Shown: positions 39,201 through 48,752, counted from the stretch's first letter. The stretch is DNA of 55,362 nucleotides from an uncultured Salinivenus sp. (GCA_964491575.1 CAZBIB010000002.1:1-55362), one strand, 5' to 3'. Numbers and translations: made by a program. Notes: generated by a model not told the origin, from the letters alone.

Positions 39201-39499
39201 CCCGGGATTACCTCTTCAGGCGGATCCACGTACGGCACGATCGTTTCCTTCGGCGCCTCTCCGCAGCCTGAGAGCCCGACGCCCGCAAAGGCCAGCGAGG
39301 CCCCCATGAGGCGCAAAAATCGCCGGCGGCCCGTCGGATCGTCCCACTCCGAGGCCCCTTCGGGAAACTCCCGGTGCAGGGCCTTTTTGAATTCCTCCGT
39401 CTCCGCAAGCTCCTGGAGGCTCTGCCAGTATTCGCGGCCAGTGCGGTTCTGCAGGCGCTCGCGCAGAGTAGAAAGGTCGAGGGATTCATCTTCGTCCAT
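36260..39499 (-). CDS. actB: Alternative complex III subunit ActB (molybdopterin-oxidoreductase-like plus Fe-S fusion)
   Basis: YWQSLQEL...RRRFLRLMGAS Tat-variant signal, GRPTKIEGNPDHP, Fe-S motifs CIGCNAC, CMHCENAPC, CIGTRYCSNNCP and CTYC. Confidence 0.95.
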   Translation of the reverse strand: MDEDESLDLSTLRERLQNRTGREYWQSLQELAETEEFKKALHREFPEGASEWDDPTGRRRFLRLMGASLAFAGVGLSGCGEAPKETIVPYVDPPEEVIPGKPLFFATSFPLAGYAQGLIAESHMGRPTKIEGNPDHPASLGGTNTFMQGSVLDLYDPDRSENVLHRGGISTGTTFVQALQQERQRWQQTGGRGLRVLTGRVTSPTLAAQLRTLLDTFPEAQWHQYEPTARDAEREGIRQVRGQFRQAVYHFDEAEVVFSLDDDFLLTRPGSVHYASDFAERRRVREGETDMNRLYMAESSRTITGGMADHRLPTRPSELESIVRAVAQRLGLEGEKATDLSAERSEWVDALASDLEAHRGTALVTAGPAMPASVHALVHRLNEALGAVGTSVEYVEPVEARPENHHASLRALTDDMAAGEVDTLVILGGNPAYTAPADVPFARHLRDVSTSVHLSRTVDATSRECVWHIPKRHYLETWSDARAFDGTASIIQPLIGKLFEACRSRHEVLAVLNGRSGTSSHVLVRQYWQEQYTGDRFEAFWEQSLKDGVVPGTGITAEEEDASVRIGGIRFDELDERHRPEPIRLDRQPADTTAVADTTQPSPTDTSDAAAAPATPEDGTVEVVFRPDPSLWDGRFANNGWLQELPKPVTKLVWDNAALISPDTAERFDLDNRDMVELQHGEHAVTAGVWIVPGHSDGTATLYLGHGRPQAGRVGDGVGFDAYALRSSRSPWSLSGVTLRKTGETYNLVSTQHHHSMEGRELVREAPIEHFRKNPDFVHEGGHHGELPSLYPEPEPPSLYPDPDEEDYEGYEWGMSIDTNTCIGCNACITACQAENNIPVVGKEQVEAGREMHWLRVDRYYKGDLDNPDTYFQPVPCMHCENAPCEVVCPVAATVHDDEGLNVMVYNRCIGTRYCSNNCPYKVRRFNFLEWNENGWDDNWDQELDKLQHNPDVTVRSRGVMEKCTYCQQRINAARTRAKKEDREIRDGEVMTACQTACPTDAIVFGDINDDTQVKQLKDEPHNYGLLAELGTRPRTTYLAHFHNPNAEVPELEPKGGYIGDKEKIEVEVDELEVLDDSP

Positions 39500-39510
39500 G
39501 ACGATAGGGC

Positions 39511-40170
39511 CTATCGGTGACAGACTGAGCAGTCGTCGAGGGGTTTGACGTTGATGTCGAGCTTCTCAATCAATTTCCGTCCCACCTTTCGCTGTTTTTG
39601 GTCGGGCAGGTCGTAACCGAAGGTGTAGATGTGCTCCAGGGGGCGGAGGTACTTTTCGGGTGACCGATGACAGTCCAGGCACCACTTCATGTATAGGTTA
39701 TTTGCTTTTCGAATGAGCGGCATCTGGTCGACGCGTCCGTGGCACGTCTCGCAGCCCACTCCTTTGTTGACGTGGATGCTGTGGTCGAAGTAGACGTAGT
39801 CGGGCAGGTCGTAGACGCGGTTCCACTCGATGGGCTGGTCAGTGCGGTAGCTCTTCCGGATTGGCGCCAGCATCTCGGCCTGGGTCCAGACCTGGGAATG
39901 GCACGACATGCAGGTGTGAGTCGACGGGATGCCCGCCGAGGACGATACTTCGACGGAGGTGTGGCAGTAGCGGCAGTCGATCCCGAGACCGCTCACGTGG
40001 TGTTCGTGACTGAAGGGGACTGGCTGCGAGGGAGCAATCTCTTTCTCCGAGTTCCAGGACGACCAGTCGTATTGGACCACGGCTGTGATGCCAATGATGA
40101 GTGTCGCCGCTCCCACCAGAAAGATGAGTCGGAGGACAGCGTTAATTTGGGGAGAAAAGATCTGAGCCAT
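39511..40170 (-). CDS. actA: Alternative complex III pentaheme cytochrome c ActA
   Basis: N-terminal TM helix, QPVPFSHEHH, five CxxCH motifs (CRYCH, CMSCH, CETCH, CLDCH, CSVCH); start ATG 40170. Confidence 0.95.
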   Translation of the reverse strand: MAQIFSPQINAVLRLIFLVGAATLIIGITAVVQYDWSSWNSEKEIAPSQPVPFSHEHHVSGLGIDCRYCHTSVEVSSSAGIPSTHTCMSCHSQVWTQAEMLAPIRKSYRTDQPIEWNRVYDLPDYVYFDHSIHVNKGVGCETCHGRVDQMPLIRKANNLYMKWCLDCHRSPEKYLRPLEHIYTFGYDLPDQKQRKVGRKLIEKLDINVKPLDDCSVCHR

Positions 40171-41175
40171 TCGGTCCTCTGCGGAAGAGGTGAACAAGGC
40201 CGTTCTTGCGCTCCGCGTCCTACGAAGCTGCGGTCCGCAGCTACTTCGCCAGATGTGCTTTCCGATCCTCTTCGGCGAAGTGTACTCCTACGCTCTCATG
40301 TAGAAAAACGGATAGAGACTTCGGATGTCATCGGCGTCACATCCAGGCCGCGTGAGATGGAGCGTTTTGGCCGCTACGCTCGATTGTGGCGATCCCTCGG
40401 AGATGTCTTTTCGCCGCTATCTGGGAAGCTACTTAGAAAGCATACCCCTAAAAAAGAAGCGTCATAGCCTTGCCAGAATAGGCCTCAATTGGGTTGAATG
40501 TTAAGCAGGGGAGAACAGAGTTGATAGAGCGTAACAATTGTGAAGGGAGCCTCTGACAGCGCCTTTGCGGATGGGTTCGAGCGTCGGCGAAACGTTCAGT
40601 GCAGACGTCCATTTGAAAATCGCGTTACGAGGCAGAATTGATGACAGCCTTGGGCAAGATCGGTGGGCAGCCGGCGACGGTCGGGAGCAACCGGCCTGCC
40701 AGCGGGGTCGGGCGGGACCGTATTCTTCATGAGCACCGAGTGACGTCTCCATAGCCTGCGATGCAGGAACTACAATCCCACCGGGAGACGACGGCACTCC
40801 GGAGAAGGCGTGCAGAGCCGCCTTCAGCCTCTTCTGTTTGGAAGCAGGCGCCAGCATCTTTTGAGCGACACTTCGTCTCACCTTCGTCACCGCGATCACG
40901 TGCGCGGTAGCACCCGGTTCTGTAAGGAATCGCTTCCCGTTAAGCGTTGCGGCGCTGTGGGAGGAAATGGTCATACTGAGGTTCGAGGACGTTCTTACCG
41001 TTGAGGTGTCCCGCTGGGACGCCTTTGCGTATCATCAACCCGAGAGCACACTTTAGAAGGTTCTCACAGATCGGTCGCCGTCTGCGAGATTGCACCTTGT
41101 TGTAGCACTTGGGGAGTGGGCAGTGGGGACAGCCTGAAAGCGTTCTTCGCATCCAGATCAACAACTCCCTCTACA

Positions 41176-42975
41176 ATGTCATCTTCAGAGTCTAGTATTC
41201 CTGAACAGGTCGTGCGGGATGATCTTTCCCCCCAACTCCTCCGCGAGGATTCGTCGTACGTGGAGGCCCTGAATGCGCTTCCCGATCCCTTCTTTCTCTG
41301 TACCCCCGAGGGGGAGATCATCTTCTGGAATCGTCGGGCCCGCGAGATTGTCGACTTTTCGGGCGATGAATCTGCCTTGATGAACGTTACGGACCCCGTG
41401 CCCGAGAGTCTGGAGCCTCTCCTTCTCGAAAAGCTTGACCAAGTTGTGGAGACCGGCTCGGCGCGCCTAGAGGTACCGGTGTTGATGGGAAGCGGGGACG
41501 TCGTTCCCTTCGAGGTGACCGGTTCGCTTATCACGCAGGAGGGACAGAAGCTCATTTGCGCGATTGCCCGGGATATTACCGAACGCAAGGCCCAGGAAGA
41601 GGAGCTCAAACGGCGTGAAGAGCAGTTTCGCCTTCTGGTTGAGGAGGTGGAGGAATATGCGATCTTCAGGCTGGGCCCCGAGGGGTACGTCACGACCTGG
41701 AACGCCGGTGCGGAGCAGATTATGGGCTACATCGAGGAAGAGATTCGCGGGGAGCATTTTTCCGTATTTTATCCGAGAAAGGACGTCGAGGCAGACAAGC
41801 CCGAGGAGGCGCTCGAGATCGCCGCTGAGAACGGGCAGTGGATTGATGAGGGGTGGCGCGTCCGCAAGGATGGAAGCCGCTTCTGGGCGCGAACGACGAT
41901 CACGGCGCTGCACAGCGAGCGGGGGCGGTTGCGCGGCTTCACCAAGGTCACCCGCGATATGACCGAGCGCCGGAAGCGGGAGGAAGCCCTTCGTGAGAGC
42001 GAACGAAAGTACCGACGTCTCTTTGAGGAGTCTCGGGATGCAATTTTGCTGACGACGCCGCGCGGAGTAATTGTGGGCGTGAACCGTGCGGCGGAGGAGC
42101 TATTCGGTTATTCGGAGGAGACCTTCCTGCGCATGGATGCGAGCGAGCTCTATGCACATCCCGAGGAGCGACGGCAGCGCATTGTCCCCGAGCTGCGGAG
42201 TGGGGACAGGTCGTCGAGCGAATTTGAGGCGCAAATGCGCCACAAAGACGGCCACACCTTTTTGGCCTCGGCGTCGGTGACGATTCACCGAAACGAAAGC
42301 GGTGAGTCGGAACTGATTCAGGCGCTCATCCGCGACGTCACAGAGTATCGGCAGTTGCAGCGGGACGTGCTCCGCACTCAGGAAGAGGAACGGCGCCGGA
42401 TGGGGCAGGACTTGCACGATGGGGTCGCCTCACAGTTGACCGGCATTTCGCTCCTACTGCAAACCGCGACGGAGTTGCTCGACGAGGACCATCCCGCTCA
42501 TGGCCGGATTGAGCGTGCACAGGAGCTCGTTCAAGAGAGCGGCGAGGACGTGCGTCGGCTCTCACGCGGGCTGAGTCCCATGTATCTCTCGGACGTGGGC
42601 CTCATGTCTGCCCTGGAGCGGCTCACAGAAAACACCGAGCTGTGCCGCCTCGAACAAGAGGGGGACTGGGATCTCTCTGCCTTGTCCGACGAAGAACAGA
42701 CGCATTTGTACTGGATCGCGCAGGAGGCCGTGACGAACGCTCGCAAGTACGCCGAGGCCGACGAAATTGTCATCCGTCTCTCTTCAACCGACAACGGAGA
42801 CGTGCTTGTCGTTGAGGACGACGGGAAGGGCTTCGACCCGTCTGCCACGGAAAAGGGCTTGGGCCTGCGCACGATGCAGTACCGGGCGGAGCTGCTGGGC
42901 AAGGAGTTTACCCTTGAGTCTACACCGGGGGAGGGGACGCGCGTTGAATGCCAGATGCGCTCGTCGGGGGAGTGA
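41176..42975 (+). CDS. Cytoplasmic PAS-domain sensor histidine kinase (HisKA_3, NarX/UhpB type)
   Basis: Three PAS/PAC units, H-box ERRRMGQDLHDG, QEAVTNARKY, DDGKGFD, GLGLRTM; no TM segments; start ATG 41176. Confidence 0.93.
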   Translation: MSSSESSIPEQVVRDDLSPQLLREDSSYVEALNALPDPFFLCTPEGEIIFWNRRAREIVDFSGDESALMNVTDPVPESLEPLLLEKLDQVVETGSARLEVPVLMGSGDVVPFEVTGSLITQEGQKLICAIARDITERKAQEEELKRREEQFRLLVEEVEEYAIFRLGPEGYVTTWNAGAEQIMGYIEEEIRGEHFSVFYPRKDVEADKPEEALEIAAENGQWIDEGWRVRKDGSRFWARTTITALHSERGRLRGFTKVTRDMTERRKREEALRESERKYRRLFEESRDAILLTTPRGVIVGVNRAAEELFGYSEETFLRMDASELYAHPEERRQRIVPELRSGDRSSSEFEAQMRHKDGHTFLASASVTIHRNESGESELIQALIRDVTEYRQLQRDVLRTQEEERRRMGQDLHDGVASQLTGISLLLQTATELLDEDHPAHGRIERAQELVQESGEDVRRLSRGLSPMYLSDVGLMSALERLTENTELCRLEQEGDWDLSALSDEEQTHLYWIAQEAVTNARKYAEADEIVIRLSSTDNGDVLVVEDDGKGFDPSATEKGLGLRTMQYRAELLGKEFTLESTPGEGTRVECQMRSSGE

Positions 42976-43316
42976 GGGAATGGTCATGAGGTATGAGTCA
43001 CGAGTTGGGGGTCGTGAGTTTTGGGGTGGGGATTGTGAATTGCGAGCGTCCGCTTCCCATTCCTCCTTTCTCCCACTCGCGTCCCCCTTCGCTTCAAAGG
43101 AAGCTGTACGCGACCACGCCGAAGGTGCGAAGGGTGTCTTTCTCTACCGACCGCTCAAGGAGCCAGTCCGGAAGCCAGAAGTGGTCTCGGTGAACCAGCA
43201 ATTGTCCCGCAATCCTTGCGCGACGGCCGGGCTACACGGGGTGGTCGTGTTGCGGCTGGTGGCGACGCGATCGTTCTGCTCGTGAGCGATGAGGGGGAAT
43301 CCTCCTTGCCAAGGCG

Positions 43317-44738
43317 CTACTGCGAGTGGTCTGGGTGACTCATGCGATCCATCTGCTCTTTCACGACGCGGTCGGCTTCCTCCACCTCCATCGGGATCTC
43401 CGAAGAAAGCGGAACCATGTCGAGGATGAGGCGCGCGTTGCGGTCGTAGGTCAGATAGTTGTAGATCCAGTTGATAAACACGCTGACCCGATTTCGGAAG
43501 CCCACGAGCTCGGCGATGTGAAGAAACACCCAGAGGAACCAGGCCACGAATCCGGTGAGTGTGATGCCGCCGGGAAAGTCGGCGACGGCAGCGTTGCGGC
43601 CGATCGTTGCCATCTTGCCGGGGTTGTCGTAGGAGAAGGCCACGGTGGACTCCTGCCGGAGGCGACGGAGGATCTGGTGGGCCGCATGGCGCCCCTGCTG
43701 GGTGGCGACCGGCGCAAGCTGGGGATACGGCTCGTCGTTGGGATCCGTCGCGCCGCAGATGTCGCCGGCCACGAAGATGTCCGACCGGTCGGGAACGCTC
43801 AGGTCGGAACGGACCGGCACCCGCCCCCCCTTTGTTTGCTCCAGGCCGAGCGCTTCAGCGACAGGGTTGCCCTGAACGCCGGCGGCCCAGACGAGCGTTT
43901 CCGTGGGGATGGACGATCCGTTCTCGAAGTGCACGGCGTCCGATTCCACGCGCGCCACTGTCGTGTTGGTCTGCACGATCACCCCGCGTTCCTCCAGCGT
44001 ACGGCGCGTGTACTGCTGGAGGTGCTCCGGATAGGCCGGTAGCAAGTGGGGGAGCATCTCCACCAGATAGACCTGCGCCCGGCGCGTCGTATCGTGGGTC
44101 GGATAGTCTTTCTGCAACACCCGGAAGAGCTCCGTGAAGGCCCCCGCCATCTCCACGCCGGTGGGGCCGCCGCCCACAATCACAAAGTTCAGCAATCCTT
44201 CTGTCGCCGCATTCGGGGCACGGCTGAAGGCCTCGAAGCGCCGCAACACGTGATTGCGGAGGTCGATGGCATCCGGGACGTTTTTTAGCGGGAACGCGTG
44301 CTCATCGGCTCCCTCGATGCCGAAGTAACTGGTAACCGCCCCGGCGGCCACGATGAGGTAGTCGTAAGCAATGGGAGGATTTTGGTGTAGGGACAACTCT
44401 TTCGCGTTCGGGTCAAGCCCGTTGACAGTGCCCAGACGAAACCGCACATTCGGGTGATCGCGAAACACGTCCCGCACGTTGTGGGCGATGTCGTCGGCCT
44501 CGAGCCCGGCCATGGCGACCTCGTAGAGAAGCGGCTGAAACTTGTGGTAATTGTTGCGATCCACGAGGACGACCTCCACCGGTTCGTCCTGCAGCGCTTT
44601 TGCCGCGTTGAGTCCCGCAAAGCCCGCCCCGACGATGACAACGCGCGGCCGGTCGATCGCAGATAGGTTATCAGCATCGTCGTGCGAGCCCAGCGCAGCG
44701 CGGATGCGGCTCACGAGGCGTCTTGTGGTGTGCTGCAC
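43317..44738 (-). CDS. ndh: Type II NADH:quinone oxidoreductase (NDH-2)
   Basis: GAGFAGL, HKFQPLLYEVA, GGGPTGVEMAG, WAAGV, QLAPVATQQG, GKMATIGR; start uncertain (GTG 44738). Confidence 0.88.
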   Translation of the reverse strand: MQHTTRRLVSRIRAALGSHDDADNLSAIDRPRVVIVGAGFAGLNAAKALQDEPVEVVLVDRNNYHKFQPLLYEVAMAGLEADDIAHNVRDVFRDHPNVRFRLGTVNGLDPNAKELSLHQNPPIAYDYLIVAAGAVTSYFGIEGADEHAFPLKNVPDAIDLRNHVLRRFEAFSRAPNAATEGLLNFVIVGGGPTGVEMAGAFTELFRVLQKDYPTHDTTRRAQVYLVEMLPHLLPAYPEHLQQYTRRTLEERGVIVQTNTTVARVESDAVHFENGSSIPTETLVWAAGVQGNPVAEALGLEQTKGGRVPVRSDLSVPDRSDIFVAGDICGATDPNDEPYPQLAPVATQQGRHAAHQILRRLRQESTVAFSYDNPGKMATIGRNAAVADFPGGITLTGFVAWFLWVFLHIAELVGFRNRVSVFINWIYNYLTYDRNARLILDMVPLSSEIPMEVEEADRVVKEQMDRMSHPDHSQ

Positions 44739-44799
44739 GGGAATTTCGTCGTTGGAGAAGAGGAGCAAATACCGAGGCGTTGAGAACGTTTGGCCCTGC

Positions 44800-44961
44800 T
44801 CAACCCCCCAGGCTGAGAGGCCAGGGCTGGAGGATGGCCAGGAACGTGAGGGCAGAGCCCATCAGAGCTATGTTCTTCATGAAGTTGATCATCTCCTGTT
44901 GTTTGGTCGCCGGATCGTCGATCGTCCAGAAGATATGCCTCATAAAGGAGACGGGAATATG
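44800..44961 (-). pseudogene. DoxX family protein, C-terminal remnant
   Basis: IPVSFMRHIFWTIDDPATKQQEMINFMKNIALMGSAL matches the DoxX C-terminal H.FW...FxKNxAxxG motif; no room upstream for the N-terminal half. Confidence 0.72.
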
Positions 44962-45005
44962 AGGAGAGTGACTGTAGTACTGAAGGGGCAAATCCCTACT
45001 CAGTG

Positions 45006-46118
45006 TCAGTCGTTTTTATAGAACGCAGCGGCCTCGCCAACCAGCTCGTTATTGCGGAAGGTTGCTTTATCGGCCAGCCAGGTGAGCAGCGAAGGAGCCA
45101 GGGCGGACTGGCTGGCCCATCCGGGTCGTCGTTCGCTGTCCTGCCGGGGTGCACTCGGAAGTAGCCGCCCGGCCGTATTCAGGATCGTGGCCGTCAGTCC
45201 CGGCGCCAGCGCATTCAGGGCATGGAGGATCCGCGCCTGGGGCGTAATGATGAGCCGCGACGTACCCCTCCGACAGGCCTCCACGATTTTCCGAGCTGCC
45301 CGTCGTCCGCTCGTCGAAAACAGCGGAGAGCCCCCCGACAGGGCAAACCAGGTGAACTCCTTTTCGTGCTGTCCCTTGAAGAGCGCATTCACGTGCGAGC
45401 CCGTGCGCATCAGGCCGGGGCACACCGTGGTGACCCGAATATTGTCCTTGGCCAGCTCCGCTCGCATCCCATCCGACAGTCCCGTGAGGGCGAACTTGCT
45501 CGTTGCGTACGGAAGCAGGTGCGGGACGGCAACCAGACCGCCGATGGAAGAGATGTTGACGATGCGACCGCCGCCCTGCGCCTTCATTGACGGAATGACG
45601 GCCCGCATCAGGTGGAACGGCCCCCAGGTGTGCACGTCCATCGCCTCTTCGAAATCCGCCAGCTCCATGTGCTCAATCGGTCCCACCTGAATGACGCCGG
45701 CGTTGTTGACGAGCACATCGACCCGTCCGCGCTGCTCCTGCACGAAGCGAATGGCGGACTGGGCTTGCTCCGGATCGCCCACGTCGCACGCATAGATCAG
45801 CACGTCCGCGTTTCGCTCCCTCAGTTCGCGGCGCGCCCGTTCAAGCTCGTCCTCGTCCCGAGCCAGGAGGGTTAGACGTGCCCCTTCCCGGGCAAACTGA
45901 CGGGCCAGCTCCAGCCCGAGGCCGCGCGACCCACCTGTGATAATGACGGACGCGTCTTCAAAGCGGAACCGCTGTCGGCGCAGCAGCCAGATCCCCACTG
46001 CGGCTGCGCAAGCCCCTGCTGCCCAGAGAAGCCCTTCGGTGTCGGAGCGATCAGAGCGAGGGTTACGGTTCGAGAACCACTTTGACGCAGCCGTCTCGCT
46101 TGTGCTTGAAGGTGTCAT
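45006..46118 (-). CDS. SDR family oxidoreductase (ketoacyl reductase-like)
   Basis: [13 protein letters not shown], catalytic [13 protein letters not shown]; start uncertain (ATG 46118 overlaps the upstream gene). Confidence 0.88.
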   Translation of the reverse strand: MTPSSTSETAASKWFSNRNPRSDRSDTEGLLWAAGACAAAVGIWLLRRQRFRFEDASVIITGGSRGLGLELARQFAREGARLTLLARDEDELERARRELRERNADVLIYACDVGDPEQAQSAIRFVQEQRGRVDVLVNNAGVIQVGPIEHMELADFEEAMDVHTWGPFHLMRAVIPSMKAQGGGRIVNISSIGGLVAVPHLLPYATSKFALTGLSDGMRAELAKDNIRVTTVCPGLMRTGSHVNALFKGQHEKEFTWFALSGGSPLFSTSGRRAARKIVEACRRGTSRLIITPQARILHALNALAPGLTATILNTAGRLLPSAPRQDSERRPGWASQSALAPSLLTWLADKATFRNNELVGEAAAFYKND

Positions 46119-47232
46119 AGGCATCCGGGGCCTCACTCAAATCGAGGCGATGCGTGATGGGGAAGGAGAGATCAATCCCGTTCTGTTCGACCTGCTCCAG
46201 CAGCTTCGGAAGGTGCTTCTGCACGTGGGTTTGCCCCATCTGAAAGGTCAGTCCCTTGCCGAATGCGGCCCCAAGGTTGAGCTTATCGATCACGCCGCCG
46301 TACACTCCAGGGATCGAGACCGTCCCTCCTTTGCCGCAGGCCTGAATCGCCTGCCGGAGAGCCGTCGGACGGTCCGTCTGGAGCTGGACCGTCTGTTTGG
46401 CCTGGTCGTACATGCCGGCGATCCCGAAGCCGTGAGCCTCCATCCCGACGGCATCGATACAGGCGTCCGGGCCTCGTCCGGCCGTCATCTCGTCGAGTGC
46501 TTCAAAGACGTTGTCCTCTTCATAGTCGAGCACGTCCGCGCCCGCCTGGGAGCGTGCCATCTCCAGACGCTCCGGAATCCGGTCGATCCCGATCACGCGC
46601 TCGGCGCCCAGCATATTGGCGCTTTTGATGCTGAAGAGCCCGACGGGGCCGCATCCCCATACGGCGATCACGTCGCCCTCGTCGATGTCGCAATTGAGCG
46701 CCGCCTGGTAACCCGTCGGGAAGATGTCGGAGAGGAAGAGCACCTGCTCGTCTGAGAGGTGCTCCGGGACCTTGATGGGACCGACGTCGGCGTAGGGAAC
46801 GCGGGCGTACTCAGCCTGTCCGCCGGCGTATCCGCCCAGCATGTGCGAATAGCCAAAGAGGCCCGCCGGGGAATACCCGTACATCTTCTCCGCAATGTTG
46901 GCGTTCGGGTTCGAGTTGTCGCAGAGGCTGTGCCGCCCGGTGTTACAGTAGTGGCAATGGCCGCACGCGATCGGAAACGGCACCACCACACGATCGCCAA
47001 TCTCCAGGTTGTCGACGTCTTCGCCGGTGTCTACGACCTCCCCCATGAACTCGTGACCGAGAACGTCTCCTTTCTCCATCGTGGGGATGTACCCGTCGTA
47101 GAGATGAAGGTCGGAGCCGCAGATGGCAGTAAGTGAGATGTCAATGATCGCGTCCCTCGGGTTCACGATCTCCGGGTCGGGGACTTGTTCGATCTGTACG
47201 TCGTTGGTGCCTTGCCAGCAGAGTGCTTTCAT
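46063..47232 (-). CDS. Zn-dependent alcohol/formaldehyde dehydrogenase (YbdR-like)
   Basis: ICGSDLH, GHEFMG, CGHCHYC...C structural Zn site, [14 protein letters not shown]; start ATG 47232. Confidence 0.93.
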   Translation of the reverse strand: MKALCWQGTNDVQIEQVPDPEIVNPRDAIIDISLTAICGSDLHLYDGYIPTMEKGDVLGHEFMGEVVDTGEDVDNLEIGDRVVVPFPIACGHCHYCNTGRHSLCDNSNPNANIAEKMYGYSPAGLFGYSHMLGGYAGGQAEYARVPYADVGPIKVPEHLSDEQVLFLSDIFPTGYQAALNCDIDEGDVIAVWGCGPVGLFSIKSANMLGAERVIGIDRIPERLEMARSQAGADVLDYEEDNVFEALDEMTAGRGPDACIDAVGMEAHGFGIAGMYDQAKQTVQLQTDRPTALRQAIQACGKGGTVSIPGVYGGVIDKLNLGAAFGKGLTFQMGQTHVQKHLPKLLEQVEQNGIDLSFPITHRLDLSEAPDAYDTFKHKRDGCVKVVLEP

Positions 47233-47516
47233 AAGTGGTTCTTTACGTTCGATGGACAAAGAACGAGAAAATGCGTCTTCAGAGGGGCGTCTGTAGAGGT
47301 GCGTCTGAGAAAAGAGCAAAACAGCGAGGCGTAGCCGGGGGGACGCACGCTAAATCCGCCGACGATCACTCATCCCGATAGAGGGAGCGAATCCGGGGAG
47401 GGGCCGGAAGCAAACACTTGTTAGCGAGCGTTCCCACACCTCGTTTGTCCTTCGAAATGTCTCCCTAAAGTTGCCTGAGCGGCGGCGTTGCCCCCGGATC
47501 GCTCCCGTTTGGAACG

Positions 47517-48260
47517 TCAGTGTGCCGTTGCGGAGGCCTCTTTCGCACGACCGTCGGAACTCGGAATTTCTCCAGCCTCCGCAATGTGCTTAAAGCGGCG
47601 AACATCCTCCTTCACCATCTCCCGGAAGGCCGGATTGAGAAGATTTGCGGCGCTTTCTCCCACGACGCCTCCGGGCGGCCGGTACGAAATTCGAGCGTAC
47701 ACTTCGGTCCCTCGGCCTCCCGGCGCGTCCTCGAAGCGGACTTCTCCGGCGTTGTCGATCGAAGCGCCCTCAACGGAGCGCCAAGCCAGCCGCCGTCCTT
47801 CCTCCTCGGTCTGTATTTCGGCGTCCCACTCGACTCGCCCCATGCCCGTCGGGTCCGTGGCCACCCAATGCGAGCGCCCATCGCCGAGATCCTGGACCTC
47901 CGAGAGATGGCGCATGAAGCGCGGCAGATTGTCGAGCTGACGCCAGAAGGAATAGACTTCCTCGCGGGGCTGGTCGACAGTCAGGTTCGTCTTGATCTCG
48001 ATGGGACCGGTATTCTGGGTTTGCTCCGCCGTATTGCGATCGAGCTGTTCGTTGGCCGGGCAGTAGCCGGTGAGGCCTCGGTAGAGCAAGGCGCCTCCGG
48101 TTGCCGCGAGCCCCAGGCGCCCCAGGCTAAACTTGCGAAGGCCCAGGTAGGTGAGCAGGGCACCACCGGCCAGCGAAGCGATCCGTTCGGTGTTGCCCAC
48201 GTTGAGTTGGCTCGATGTGCTGCTGGGGGGAGTGGGGTAAAAGTGCTGAGATGATTTCAT
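47517..48260 (-). CDS. SRPBCC (cyclase/dehydrase) family protein with N-terminal DUF2892-like TM region
   Basis: NVGNTERIAS...YRGLTGYCP; VYSFWRQLDNLPRFMRHL, SHWVA, VEWDAEI, GEVRFEDAPGGRGTEV. Confidence 0.9.
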   Translation of the reverse strand: MKSSQHFYPTPPSSTSSQLNVGNTERIASLAGGALLTYLGLRKFSLGRLGLAATGGALLYRGLTGYCPANEQLDRNTAEQTQNTGPIEIKTNLTVDQPREEVYSFWRQLDNLPRFMRHLSEVQDLGDGRSHWVATDPTGMGRVEWDAEIQTEEEGRRLAWRSVEGASIDNAGEVRFEDAPGGRGTEVYARISYRPPGGVVGESAANLLNPAFREMVKEDVRRFKHIAEAGEIPSSDGRAKEASATAH

Positions 48261-48337
48261 GGTCCTTTCCGTTTTGATTGCGAAGTTTACGTCAGTGATC
48301 TTGTCTCTAGAGGCGAGACGGTACGAGGGAGGCAGGA

Positions 48338-48600
48338 TCAACTCGGGCTGTCCGGACCGTCGGAGCAGGCGAGTCGGAGGCCGGGAATGTGTCCGTCGGT
48401 GCCGTCGCCGTTTTCTCCAACGGTGTAGGTTGTAAACTCGACGCTTATCTCCTCCAAACGGGGACGGATGGAATCCAGGTCGCCCACCTCAAATCAGAAG
48501 TGAATTCCGCCTGCGTTTAGGTGAACTGAGCCTCCACGGGCAGCGGCTCCTCGAAGGCGAACAGGTCGATGTTCACATCAGCGAGCCGCAGCGTCGCAAA
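48338..48600 (-). pseudogene. Decayed VOC/glyoxalase family gene
   Basis: FATLRLADVNIDLFAFEEP, then a frameshift, then GGIHF*FEVGDLDSIRPRLEEISVEF...GLRLACSDGPD, which resembles the VOC HxxFxVxDLD...F.DPDG pattern. Confidence 0.5.
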
Positions 48601-48752
48601 TGGCTGGTATCGTAGAGGGAACTGTCGTTTGCACGGCGGAAAGTGCTACAACCGGATCTGTACCTCTGTCTTTACTGCATCCTTCAAAGGCTCCTTTTTG
48701 AAGAGCTAATCTGCTGTGGAGTGCCGGCCCAAGAAGGCAAGTTGCAGGCTGG

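Noticed and set aside
36260-39499. Catalytic molybdoenzyme (e.g. polysulfide or nitrate reductase)
   Set aside because: The actA/C/D/E/F context identifies it as ActB, whose molybdopterin-like domain carries no Mo cofactor in characterised ACIII.
40501-40974. 157 aa ORF in the actA-kinase spacer
   Set aside because: No recognisable motif and atypical composition; I could not support it as a gene or as a response-regulator remnant.
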